This document shows positions 12,650-24,435 of a stretch of DNA of 64,000 nucleotides, in pieces. Position 1 is the stretch's first letter; every line of letters starts with the position of its first letter. Under the pieces are notes generated by a model. It searched no databases. It saw only the letters and a program-made list of their open reading frames with translations, and was not told the origin of the DNA. A program made the position numbers and the translations under genes. Source of the DNA: Nemertoderma westbladi (lineage: Eukaryota > Animalia > Xenacoelomorpha); the NCBI GenBank assembly GCA_032718475.1, contig JAUCBJ010000121.1:1-64000 (forward strand). The letters run 5' to 3'.

Positions 12650-13465
12650 ATGACTTGCCCGTTTTGGCAAGTTAATATACTGTATATGACTTGGCCGTTT
12701 TGGCAAGTTAATATATATGATTTGCCCATATTGGCAAGTAAATATATATGACTTGCCCGTATTGGCAAGCTAATTTATATTACTGGTACTTGCCAATTTG
12801 GGTAAGCGAATATACTGTACAGTATAACTTATACATTTATTATAGGAAAGGGTCTAGGGGTCTTCTTAACCTCGAATGATACGTTTATTTTACCGAAAAT
12901 AACTTATATTTTTATTGGCGCAATTGTACTGTACAGTAAGACAAGAACCCAAAAACCTGTGGCAGTCGTTGTTTTCTCGGCTTCAACCTCGATGTCCCAG
13001 GTCCGAATCCGACACCACGATGAAGAGACCCAGTTAGCTCGAAAAGCGTACGTTGTTTGGAGAGATATGAGATATTAATTTCAATATAAAAATTACGGGA
13101 TTCCTAAATTTGTACACTACCCGTCTAAAAAGAACGCATTTGATAGGATTACTCCTACAATTGCGCCAATAAAAAGATTAGTTTATTTTCGGTAAAATAA
13201 ACTTATCATTCGAAGTTAAGACCCCTACAGTAGAACCGTTCCTATAGTAAATGTATAATAAACAAACACCTCAAAAATCACACCTTGCCAACACATTGTG
13301 ACTATCAATAATAATATATAACTTTCCCGTTTGGGCAAGGGAATATATAACCTGCCCGATTGGGCAAGTGTATATATAACTTGCCCGTTTGGGCAAGTGA
13401 ATTTACAGTATAACTTGCCCGACTGGGCAAGCGGATATATAACTTGGCCGTTTGGGCAAGCGAAA
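12650..13465. mobile_element. Foldback/MITE-like non-autonomous element
   Basis: Inner inverted arms (~12830-12930 vs ~13156-13258, e.g. ggggtc...ttattttaccgaaaataa...ttattggcgcaattgta and its reverse complement), flanked on both sides by arrays of the palindromic unit acttgccc-n-gggcaagt. Confidence 0.65.
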
Positions 13466-13893
13466 ATAGGCCCTACACTAGCATGCATTGGTTAGGAAGA
13501 CCATTGATCGTGGTGGCCATCTCTTGGGAGTTTAAACGTGCTTCTTGCATAACCATGGCATTTGATCAGCATTTATCTCCGTCATTGTGTGCCATCCGGT
13601 ACATTTAGTATGAACCCAAACACTGTAAGTATAAGATTAATTTTACCTGCCTTTATTGAAGTTGAATGAACTACTGCGCATTAATAAACTGTTATTATTA
13701 CTGTATCCTATTATGCTGTGTATTACTTTACCGCCTTGTTAAATACAGAAAACTGTAAATTGATTTTTGCAGTTCAGAGATTATAGATAAAAATTAAAAA
13801 TAGTTAAGTTTTAATTTAATTGCTGGAATTGATTAATAAAGAGTTGATAAAGTTAATAAGTAGGTAAAATAGACTAAATATAGATATGGTAGG

Positions 13894-14435
13894 TGTTAGC
13901 TTATTCAATCCCGCTAACACCCCATAAAGTTAAGCCGATAAGCAATATTGGGAGCCACGATATTGGGTAATTAACCAACTCGTGCCATCCCAATAAGAAT
14001 GGGAAGGAGAAGCGCACAATGAGGGTCAGGGGCCAAACCCCTAACCCAGAGAGAATAGGTGGAGTGAACGGGAACACTCCAAAGGGCGCCAACAAGGGTA
14101 TCAACCAATCAGAGGGGGGAAAGGCATCGATTAGGTAGAGTAACAAGGCCAACCGTGCAATATAGCCACTTGGCAGTAATCATATCAATTCAGTTATCTC
14201 AGTGCAATACTGGTGCTAGTTTAGGTTACATAGTTTAGCTAGGGAAGGACCGGGACTTTAGTTACCGTATCCCGCCTTCCGTATACAACAACTATATTAT
14301 CTCATATCTATATCTATATCTGTATACCCAAATATTATATACGACGAACAGCACAAACTCATTCACTCTTTATACACGGCGGGGACGCGTGAACTAACAA
14401 CGGATAAACCGGGATCCCTCTTGGATCCCGTCACA
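13894..14435 (+). repeat. 5' LTR of element A (542 bp, TGTTAG...GTCACA)
   Basis: Near-identical to 34370-34883 (3 mismatches seen by eye); the end is set by homology to the TSD-defined LTR end of element B. Confidence 0.9.
14159..14195 (+). promoter_or_regulatory. Putative LTR core promoter: TATA-like box plus TCAGTT initiator
   Basis: aatatag at 14159-14165 and tcagtt at 14190-14195, ~30 nt apart; the same arrangement (aatataa...tcagtt) is kept in the diverged LTR of B. Confidence 0.5.
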
Positions 14436-14444
14436 GTAACTAAA
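14436..14444 (+). promoter_or_regulatory. Non-tRNA primer-binding site of A (GTAACTAAA), complementary to LTR 14257-14265
   Basis: Directly follows the LTR end, lacks TGG, is the exact reverse complement of TTTAGTTAC, and covaries with element B. Confidence 0.7.
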
Positions 14445-14500
14445 TCAGAGCTGCCGCCCTAGCTAACTAAACTCAGCGACCAATCTAGAGATAAAGAGAG

Positions 14501-17006
14501 ATGAGTCAGTCGGGAGAGATAACACCGACGCGGACCCCGGACGAAGAGCTAACGATCCGCGAGGCCGCAACCAGGCGATATAGGCCCACGACGCCGGACC
14601 CATCGGTAACGGGTCATCCGGCAGTTCAGGATGAGGGGGACCTGGAACCCGAGGTCGAGTCGGAGGATAGAGAGAACGAGCTCGAGGGAGAAGGAGACGA
14701 GTCGACACGGGACGGGGGTCGACGCACCGGTGTCTCCGGCCAGCCACAGGCTGAGGGCGACGAGCGGCCCACCGAAACGGCGACGGTGGGGCCGACGGTG
14801 CGGGCCCGGACGCAGAGAGACGAAGGAGATATCGGTACCGATGTCGCCGGCCAGCCACAGGCCGAGGGCGACGGACGGCCCGCCGGAACGGCGACGGTGG
14901 GGCCGCCGGTACGACGTCGGACCCGGAGAGACGGAAGAGAGATCGGCGACGAGGACGTCGGGGTTTATGATCGACTTCGACGGGCCTACAATGCGACCCA
15001 GAGACTACTAAAGGACGCTAAGAAGGAAGGGGCGAAGATAGACGAGGTGAGACTGAGGAAACGACTAGGTGAGTCGGATAGACACTTTAATTACCTAATG
15101 CGTTTTGGGCAGAGAGAACTAGCCGAGGAGAGAGCAAAAGGGGTTGCCAGCGAACTGTTTGAACTATGGGAATGTGGGAGTATGGAACCTAGCGTAGCGT
15201 CAGTGTACATAGGGCCATACTTGGTCGATGCCCGGGGAGTAAAATTAGTGGGTTGGAGGGGACCAGAAGGGGGCGAATCCGAGGTTAACCCCGAGGATTC
15301 GGCCTCGTCGGTTGGAGGAAGTTCCGGGAAGCGGGGGAAAGTTAGTAGATCTGGAAGGCGGAGGGAGTCCGTCGTAACCGATAAGTCTGCTACATCCTCC
15401 GCGAAAGGAAGACGGGTGAGAGAGGTAGGTGCCGCGTACCGTCTCGACCTGGTAGAGCAAGGTCAGAAGGAAATGGATAAACGGCTGGAGGAGGGGAGAA
15501 TGCGGCTAGAGAGGGAAGCGGCATTGATTAGAGAAACCGGAGAGAAGGCCGAAAGGGCTTTGAGAAGCCTTAGGGAGTATGAGGGAATAGAGGAAAAGGA
15601 GTGTAGGGAGCGTGAGGCGAGAGAGGAAAGGGAACGCAAGGAGCGTAAGGCGAGAGAGGAAAGGGAACGCAAGGAGTATGAGGCGAGAAAGGAAAGTGAA
15701 CGTAAGGAGCGTGAAGCGAGGCGAAGGGAGAGCACTAGGAGAATAGCAGAGCTGGCTGAGCGGGACGCGCGGGAATGTGAGAGGAGAATGGTAGAAGCTG
15801 AGCAAGAGCAAAAGGAACTAAAGAGACGCCAAGGTGAGCTTGCGGAACATAGGATTAGACGCATGCACGAGCTGCAGCTGGTGCGGGCGGGGACGTCTGA
15901 GAGCGGGACTGGCTCGAGTATTCTAGGGGAGCCAGGGGCCGTGGATACATTTATTAATACCCCACTTACAGGGACCGCACGACAGACCCAAAACTGGTGT
16001 GACCGTACGGGCGGGGGGGGGGGGGGGGGGGTAATAATGATAATGGTACAGTAGACGTGGTTAATATTAATAGTACCGTATGGGATAATTCTAATCAAAC
16101 CTTTATTGCAGGAAATAATTTACCTAGTGGTAGTAATTTAAATTTAAATCAGAACAATCCTAATATTAATGTAGAAAATAATTCTAATATTAATGTAGCT
16201 ACGCAAAATAATCCAAATAATCAAAGTAATAACCCAAATTCGAACTTACAAAATAATTTAAGTAACGCAATTACACAAAATAATCCAAATAACTTAAATA
16301 ATGATCCGAGCCCGAATTTACAAAATAATTCAGATGGTGTAGTCGCGCAAAGTAATTCAAATGATTTTGTTTCGAACGAACAAATTGGTTCCGTTTCCGA
16401 TATGGGTGCTATTAACGTAAACACGTTGGGCGTGAATGGCCAGACAGACGAGGGCCTGGTAGGCCATGTAGTTGGTAGGCAGGGAGTAGCTGGGTTAGGT
16501 AGACCGAGAGAGGGCCTGGTAGGCCACGTAGTTGGGAGGCAGGGGGTGGCTGGGTTGAATAGACCCAGCGAGGGCCTGGTAGGGCACATAGTTGGTAGGC
16601 AGGGTGCAGAGGGCCTGGTAGGCCACGCAATAGCAGAGGGAGAGGCGGGGGTGAATAGACCCGACCGCAGTAGGGTTGATGTGTCGACTAGAGAGGGATA
16701 TAGTAGCGGGGTGAGGGATAGCGAAGTTAGATGTGGCGAGTGGGGGGGGGGGGGGGGGGCTACAGGGGCCCCACAACAGCGAGTTAGCGGCGAAAGGGGG
16801 GGGCAGAGAGTGTCCCACAGCCGTCAGCGGATAATGCGCGGGCCGAAATAGGTAAACCGCAACAACCGGCGACGGAAAGTAATAGGGGGATTGCGAGTAT
16901 CCCCAGCGGCGTGCGACCGAAGCGGACGAAGCGTCGAGCCCGATCAGAAGAGGGAAGAGGAACAGTGGGGTTTAACTGGGAGGTCGACGAGAGATCTCAC
17001 GAGCGG
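14501..17006 (+). pseudogene. gag: Element A Gag N-terminal extension (disordered, coiled-coil, Asn-rich), broken at poly-G runs and cut by insertion of B
   Basis: ORFs 14501-16054 and 16057-16851 are colinear with B ORFs 21277-23199 and 20612-21382; frame changes fall at G runs near 16013-16030 and 16742-16758. Confidence 0.75.
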
Positions 17007-17537
17007 TGTGACGGGATCTACGGATCCCGGTTTATCCGTTGGGTTTTCTATCCACGCGTCCCCGCCGTATGTGAAAGGTAAAATAGTTCTGGTGTCCGGT
17101 TATATGTATAAGGTATAATAGTCTGATATATATGTAATATAGTATGACACAACAGGTAATATAAGTATGATGGCGGTAGCGGACGGTGACAGAAGTCCCC
17201 GTTCCACCCTACTGATCTGACTGAGTAAACTGAATGAATGATTACAGGTTACTGGTTATATTGCACGGTGGCCTTATTGCTACTCAATCGATGCCTTTCC
17301 CCCCTCTGATTGGTTGATACCCCTGTTGGCACCCTTTGGAGTGTTTCCCTTCACTCCCTGTGTTCTCTCTCGGTTAGGGGTTTGGCCCCTGACCCCTATT
17401 GTGTGTGTCTCCTTTGGGGCCTATTGTCCCCGTTTACTGGGCTGACACGAGGTTGATTGGTAATCAACCTCGTGCTCCCAATATTGCTTTATGGCTCACT
17501 CTATGGGTTAGTGTTAGCGGAATTGGATAAGCTAACA
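17007..17537 (-). repeat. 3' LTR of element B
   Basis: TG...CA termini, preceded on the sense strand by PPT GGGGGGAG and followed by the TSD. Confidence 0.95.
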
Positions 17538-17929
17538 CTCCCCCCATGCTATCTTCCCGGTAAGAAGATAGCATCCAACTCAAGTGCGCTACAATTCCGC
17601 TGGATCCCGATCTAGCATCGGGTGTGGGGTGGGTATATTTTTTCGGAGTCGGCTTTCCAGGCCGCTCCCTATGGGTATGATGTCACTACCCTCTGGCGTC
17701 TCGTGTCGGGCCGATCGTGCGCTTCTCTCACACAATTTTTGTTTCCCCAACACTCTCACCACTCTACTCCAACTCTCGCATACTCCCGGACCTCCTCGTC
17801 CCACACTCTTCCTCTCACTTCTCCTCCCCCACACTTGAATTGCGCCCACGCTCTCTTCGCACTCCGCACTATTACCTCTCCACTCTCTTGTCACTCCCTA
17901 AGGCTTTAATCTCTAATGCTACCCCTGTG

Positions 17930-19396
17930 CTATCATACTATCTACCTACTGCTTACTAACTCTAACTATCTAACTAACTCTGCTAACTACTAACTCTTAC
18001 TACTTCTAGCTCTAACTGAGAGCCTCTAACTTTCTACTGACTCTAACTCTCTACTAAGTCTAACTAACTCCTACTAACTTTCTACTTCTACTAACTCTAC
18101 TTGACTCCTCTGAGTCTACCAATTCTGCTAACTAGCTCTACTAACTCTACTCCACTAGCTCTGCTAACTCTACTCCACTAGCTCTGCTAACTCTACTAAC
18201 TAGCTCTACTAACTAGCTCTACTAACTCTACTCCACTCTTCTAACTACGTGGCGCTTGCGGTGCCCACAACCACTCTACTATCTGGCACCCTATGTGCCC
18301 TCTCTACTACTCAACTACCTCTCTAACTCTACTACCTGGCACCCTATGTGCCCTCTCTGCTCTACTCTACTACCTGGCACCCTATGTGCCCTCTCTACTA
18401 CACTACTACCTCTCTAACTCTACTACCTGGCACCCTATGTGCCCTCTCTACTACACTACTACCTCTCTAACTCTACTACCTGGCACCCTATGTGCCCGTC
18501 TGTACTCCTCTACACCCCCTTTACGTCTCATCGCCTACACGTGACGCTCTGAGTGCCGGCAGAGTGGGTACGTTAATTATGTGAACTACTACTGACTCTA
18601 CTAACTCTACTAACTCTCTTCTAACTCTACTAACTCTTTTTGTGCCCGGCACCTCTTGTGCCCGGCACCTTCTAACTCTACTAACTCTCTACTAACTCAA
18701 CTAACTCTACTACTAACTCAACTAACTCTACTACTAACTCAACTAACTCTACTACTAACTCAACTAACTCTACTACTAACTCTTTTTGTGCCCGGCACCT
18801 CTCGTGCCCGGCACCCACCCTAATTAACATACCCTGCTCTAACATCAAACACGTCATCACGCCCGTGCCCCATTAAGTTCAACGCATTCCCTACTAACTC
18901 TAACTACGTGGCGCTTACGGTGCCCACAACCTCTACTGCTCTACTACTTCCTAACTAGGTACCACGTACCTACTAACTCTAACTCTAACTAGGTACCACG
19001 TACCTACTGACTCTCTAACTAACTCTAGGTACTACGTACCTACTAACTCTAACTCTAACTAGCGGTACTACATACCCTCTAACTCTAACTCTAACTAGCG
19101 GTACTACGTACCCTCTAGCTCTAACTCTAACTAGGTACCACGTACCTACTAAACTAACTCTAACTCTAACTAGGTACCACGTACCTACTGACTCTCTAAC
19201 TAACTCTAGGTACTACGTACCTACTAACTCTAACTCTAACTAGCGGTACTACGTACCCCCTAACTCTAACTCTAACTAGCGGTACTACGTATCTACTAAC
19301 TCTCTAACTCTAGGTACTACGTACCTACTAACTCTAACTCTGATTAGGTACTACGTACCTACTAACTCTCTAACTAACGGTACTACGTACCCTCTT

Positions 19397-19437
<41 letters not shown>

Positions 19438-19450
19438 CTTACTACCTAAC
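17930..19450 (-). repeat. TAG-rich low-complexity 3' UTR of B containing small-hairpin arrays
   Basis: (ctaa/ctact)n matrix with repeated ggcac-cctat-gtgcc, gtgcc-c-ggcac and about 13 ggtac-nnn-gtacc units. Confidence 0.85.
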
Positions 19451-19490
19451 TTCTACCTACTCTATTATTTAATTATTTTCTTATTTTTAA

Positions 19491-22400
19491 TTAAATAATT
19501 ACTTTATATTTTGTGCGTGGGAAGGGCGTCTCGCCCTCATTCCCACCCCCCTCAGTCCAAAACTTTGGACGACTAAAAACTCTCACGTGCCCCTTCTTCC
19601 AGTAGGCACTCTCCTGCTGCCCTCCTATACGTCCTCTAACTCTTCGCCACACTCTCTTCGGTGCCACCTTTGCTGGCCTCCCCCTTCGTATGTGCGCTGG
19701 CATTAGAGCCCTCGACGACCCCCGCTCGTTCCTTGGTATACGCGGTGTCTGCCCATGTAATGCCCCCCCGCACTGTGTCAGCCCTGCGTGTGTATGCAAC
19801 ACGCCTCCTTCTACTTTCCCGACTCCTTTGCTCATGGACTTCTCTACCCCTGGTTTAGTCCTTTCACATCCTCTCCCTTTCCAACACTCTCCGGATCTGT
19901 GTCCTTTTACCACACATCGATGACATAGTCCGTTTGCGTCTGTGTAGGCTACACGATCTCGTTTGGGCAACGCTTGCCAGTACTTGCAACTCCTGGTCTT
20001 ATGGGTTCCGTCCCGATGTAATTGACATTGGAATCCTGGATTATAGCGTTTCCTGTATAGTCCTTCACGTATCGCGCTTAGGTTTATATGTACCGATTTA
20101 ATGTTTTGGTTGTCTAGACTCGGCCTACTGGGTGTATTGGGATTGTTTTTATTTACGGTGTTATTTTCTTTCTGTCCCTGCCACGGTGTGGCCCTGCTAC
20201 CAGCTAACTGTGGACTAGCAGTCCCCTGTATGGCCGCGTGTGGTATCGACTGTCCGCACGACCTTCTCTCGTCCAAGGGGTCCGATGTTCTTGCTCCTAT
20301 TGGGGTATATTGTTGATATTGTGATGGGGGAATGTCACCCTGTCCCCCCCCAGCCGGTATGTTTGGTACTGGGGTTGATGTTAATACATTGGGGCCCATA
20401 CGTCTATCTCCAATAACTCCCCCCTCCCCTGGATACATGTTATGTCCCTGTGTATTATAGTCATGCTGCTGTACCGATATAGGCCTACCTACCTCTCGCC
20501 TACCTACCGGTATGTACTCCGCAACTTCCGGGTTTAATCCCGTCGTTCGCGCTACCCCATCGCCTACTCTATCTCTCCCAGCATGGCCTATAATAGTATG
20601 TGCAGTAAGGCCTACAGTATGTCCTGCAGTCTGCATGTGCCCTTCCGAACCACGTTTATTCTTCGCGAATCTCGAATCTCCCCGCGACTACTGCACTCTC
20701 GATCGGCAGCTATATCCCGTCGGGAAGCTTCTCTCCGATCCCCTCTCCTGTTCTCGACTCTGTATTGGTACGTCTTGTACCCCTCTCTTGGCGTGCGGTG
20801 CGTTTCTCCGGGGCGACGGCAATCTCCCGAAGTTCGACCCCACTGGCTCCCTGACTCCATCTCTACTGTCGACGGTCCGTTATCCGTCCTCGCACTGCTA
20901 TCGTTCGTGGCGACACTTCTTCTACTATCTTCTCTTCTTCTCTTTTCTGTGTAGTATTCCGGCTCGTGAGGTCTCTCGTCGACCTCCCGGTTAAACTCCA
21001 CTGTTCTTCTTCTCTCTTCTGATCGGGCTCGACGCTTCGTCTGCCCTCTCGCGACGTCAACCTGCCTCTCTCTACTGGATCGCACGCCGCTGGGGATACT
21101 CGCAATCCCCCTATTACTCTCCGTCGCCGGGTGTTGCGGTTTACCTGATTCGGCCCGCGCATTATCCGCTGACGGCTCTGGGACACTCTCTGCCCCCCCT
21201 CTCTCTCTACTAATCTCTCGCGGTGGGGTGCCCGTAGCCCCCCCCCACCCGCCACTTCTAACTTCACTATTTCTTACTACACTTCTATACCCCTCTTGTG
21301 GGGAATTCTCTGCCCCCCCTCTCTCGCCACTAATCTTATGTGGTGGGGCGCCCGTAGCCCCCCCCCCCCCCACTCGCCACATCTAACTTCACTATCTCTT
21401 ACTTCGTCTCTACACCCCTCTCTAGTCGACGCACTGTCTCTACTACGGCTGGGTCTATTCACCCCCGCCTCTCTCTCTACTACTGCGTGGCCCATCAGGC
21501 CCACTTCGGGTTGGCTCAACCCCGCTACCTCCTGCCTACCAACTACGTGGCCTACCAGGCCGCCATCTGCCGGGTTATGTACGTCCGACACGCTCATATT
21601 AATAGCACCATTCCCAATATTATTTGTTAAATCAATTAAATTATTAGAATTTGAAACGGGATTATTATTTAAATTATTTAAATTACTTAGATCACTACTA
21701 TTCTCTAAACTTAAATTATTATTCGAATTATTTTGCGGGTTTGAATTGGAATTATTATTTAGAATATTTGTATTTAAATTTAAATTACTACTACCCGGTA
21801 AAATATAATTTCCTGTAATAAAGGGATTAGGGTTATTTACTACGGTACTATTAATATTAACATTTCCTAACGTACTACTATTACCCCCCCCGCCCGTACG
21901 GCTACACCAGTTCTGGTTTTCTCGCCCGGTGCCTGTAAGTGGGGGCTCACTCTCTGATATCTCCAACCGCGCCAGTTCTAGTCGGCGCCATTTAAGTTTG
22001 GCTTGATATTGCGCAAGCCTCCCTATCCGGGCACACAAATCATCCCGGTCACGCTCTTTCTCTATCTCTCTCTCTCTGTACCCTCGTAAACTTCGCCCGG
22101 CCGTCTCTCTCGCAAGCATATCAAACCAGCTCGCCGGCTCGCTCTCTACTCTCATCTCCCGATCTCTTTGCTCCTCGGCTCTCTCTCTATCCTCCCTTGC
22201 CAACTCTAATAATGTGGTTTCACTCCTCAATTGCCACTCTAACTGTTCCTGCTCTGCCGCCGCCATTCCTAATTTACACTTTAGATATCTCTCCCGTACC
22301 CTTCTTTCTTTTGCGGAGGATGTAGCAGACTTATCGGTTGCGACGGACTCCCGTCGCCCCTTTGTCCTATTAACTTTCCCCCGCTTCCCGGAACTTCCTC

Positions 22401-23139
22401 CGACCGACGAGACCGAATCCTCGGAGTTAACCTCGGATTCGCCCTCCCCAGGTCTCTCCCAACCCATTAACTTAAATTCCCTGGCATCGACTAAGTATGG
22501 CCCTATGTACACTACACCAGGCCCCATACCCCTACGTTCCCATAGCCCAAACAGTTCGAAGGCAACCCCTCTCGCTCTCTCCCTGGCCAGTTCTCCCTGC
22601 CCAGAACGCACTAGGTGATCAAAGTATCTGTTCGACTCACCTAGTCGTCTCCCCAGTCTCACCTCGTCTATCTTCGCCCCTCCTTTGGCCTCTCTCAGTT
22701 GCTCCCGGGTCGCGAGGTAGGCCCGTCGAAGTCGATCAGAAACCCCGACGTCCTCGTCGCCGACCTCTCCTCCATCTCTCCGGGTCCGACGTCGTACCGA
22801 CGGCCCCACCGTCGCCGTTCCGGTGGACCGTTCGTCGTCCTCGGCCTGTGGCTGACCGGTGACATCGGTACGTCGACCATCGCTCCGCGTCGACTCGTCT
22901 TTCTCTTCTCCTCCCGACTCGTCTCCTCTACTCGACTCGCTCTCTCCTGGTAGACGACCCCCCACATCTTGGTTCGCCGGGTTGCTCGTTGTCGACGTGG
23001 CGTCAACCTGCGTCGACGTGGTCGGCGTATCATCGACCGGCGTCGTGGGTTCGTATCGTCTCGCCGTGGCCTCGCGGATCGTTAGATCGTCGTCCGGGGT
23101 CCGCGGCGGTGTCGTTCCTTTCTCTCCTATTCGGCTCAT
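19491..23139 (-). pseudogene. gag: Element B Gag-like reading frame (N-terminal extension plus zinc knuckles, capsid deleted), two frameshifts
   Basis: ORFs 21277-23199, 20612-21382 and 19491-20636 align to A. PLDE joins QSIPHAAIQGTASPQL, skipping the capsid domain. CQLH...HKTRSC and CHRCVVKGHRSGEC are retained. Confidence 0.75.
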
Positions 23140-23190
23140 CTTTGTCTTTGGTGTCAGTCTATCACTGTCAGGGCAGCTGGGCGGATCTGA

Positions 23191-23199
23191 TTCTGTCAC
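23191..23199 (-). promoter_or_regulatory. Non-tRNA primer-binding site of B (sense GTGACAGAA), complementary to LTR 23379-23387
   Basis: Abuts the 5' LTR end at 23200; exact complement of sense TTCTGTCAC inside the LTR. Confidence 0.7.
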
Positions 23200-23730
23200 T
23201 GTGACGAGATCTACGGATCCCGGTTTATCCGTTGGGTTTTCTATCCACGCGTCCCCGCCGTATGTGAAAGGTAAAATAGTTCTGGTGTCCGGTTATATGT
23301 ATAAGGTATAATAGTCTGATATATATGTAATATAGTATGACACAACAGGTAATATAAGTATGATGGCGGTAGCGGACGGTGACAGAAGTCCCCGTTCCAC
23401 CCTACTGATCTGACTGAGTAAACTGAATGAATGATTACAGGTTACTGGTTATATTGCACGGTGGCCTTATTGCTACTCAATCGATGCCTTTCCCCCCTCT
23501 GATTGGTTGATACCCCTGTTGGCACCCTTTGGAGTGTTTCCCTTCACTCCCTGTGTTCTCTCTCGGTTAGGGGTTTGGCCCCTGACCCCTATTGTGTGTG
23601 TCTCCTTTGGGGCCTATTGTCCCCGTTTACTGGGCTGACACGAGGTTGATTGGTAATCAACCTCGTGCTCCCAATATTGCTTTATGGCTCACTCTATGGG
23701 TTAGTGTTAGCGGAATTGGATAAGCTAACA
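23200..23730 (-). repeat. 5' LTR of element B
   Basis: 531 bp, near-identical to 17007-17537, bounded by TSD AGCGG. Confidence 0.95.
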
Positions 23731-23735
23731 AGCGG

Positions 23736-24435
23736 GAATACTCCACTGAAAGGAGAAGAAGAGAAGACAGTAGTAGAAGTATCGCCGCGAACGATAGAAG
23801 AGCGAGGACGGATAGCGAGCCGTCGGTAGTCGAGATGAGAACAGAGAGTCAGTGGGGTCGGACTCCGGGAGATTGCCGTCGCCCCGGAGAGATGCGACCC
23901 GGCGAGGCGCACTACGCGCCGAGAGAGGGGTACGCGATGTACCGGTACGAAGATGAGAACAGTAGAGGGGGGGGTCGAAGAGAAACTTTCCGACGAAATA
24001 TACCTACCGATCGAGAATACGGTAGCCGCGGGGAGGACTACTCGAGAAGAATAAACTTCGATCCCGAGCGACACATGCAGACTGTAGGACATACTATAGG
24101 CCTTACTGCACATACCATAGGCCATACTGAGAGAGGCAATATAGGCAATAGGATAGCGTGGACAACGGGATTAAACCCGGAAGTCGCGGAATACATACCG
24201 GCGAGTAGCCCAGAAGCTGATAGGCCTATACCGGTACCAGTACAGCAGTGTGACTACAGCATGCAGGGACATAACATATACCCAGGGGAGGGGGGAATTA
24301 TTGCGGATAGGTGTATGGGCCCCAATATATTAACATCAACCCCAGTACCAAACATACCGGTGGGGGGGACAGGGTGACATTCCCCCATCACAATATTAAC
24401 AATATACCCCGATAGGAGCAAGAACAACGAGACCC
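23736..24435 (+). pseudogene. gag: Continuation of the element A Gag N-terminal region after the B insertion
   Basis: ORF 23835-24377 (TTGLNPEVAEYIP, MGPNILTSTPVPNIP) matches the B ORFs; frameshift near the G run at ~24362. Confidence 0.75.

Larger units (their letters stand above)
17007..23730 (-). mobile_element. Element B: non-autonomous BEL/Pao relative of A (6724 bp), nested antisense inside A
   Basis: 531-bp LTRs at 17007-17537 and 23200-23730 (one mismatch seen), 5-bp TSD AGCGG at 17002-17006 and 23731-23735, PPT at 17538-17545; no PR, RT, RH or IN core. Confidence 0.95.

Noticed and set aside
12347-12768. Tyr/Ile-rich ORFs
   Set aside because: Translations of the 11-bp microsatellite.
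13901-14152. Hydrophobic antisense ORF in the LTR of A (also 34377-34628)
   Set aside because: No ATG start, and the homologous frame in the LTR of B stops earlier; a by-product of purine-rich LTR sequence.
14436-14450. Priming by an internal tRNA fragment
   Set aside because: B shows only a partial resemblance to a tRNA-Asp anticodon arm and A does not; both match their own LTR exactly. Not formally excluded without the host tRNA set.
16010-16760. Programmed frameshifting at poly-G runs in gag
   Set aside because: Similar long G/C homopolymers occur in unrelated places (~7928, ~50017, ~56074), so slippage or sequencing error is more likely; B is in frame at the first run.
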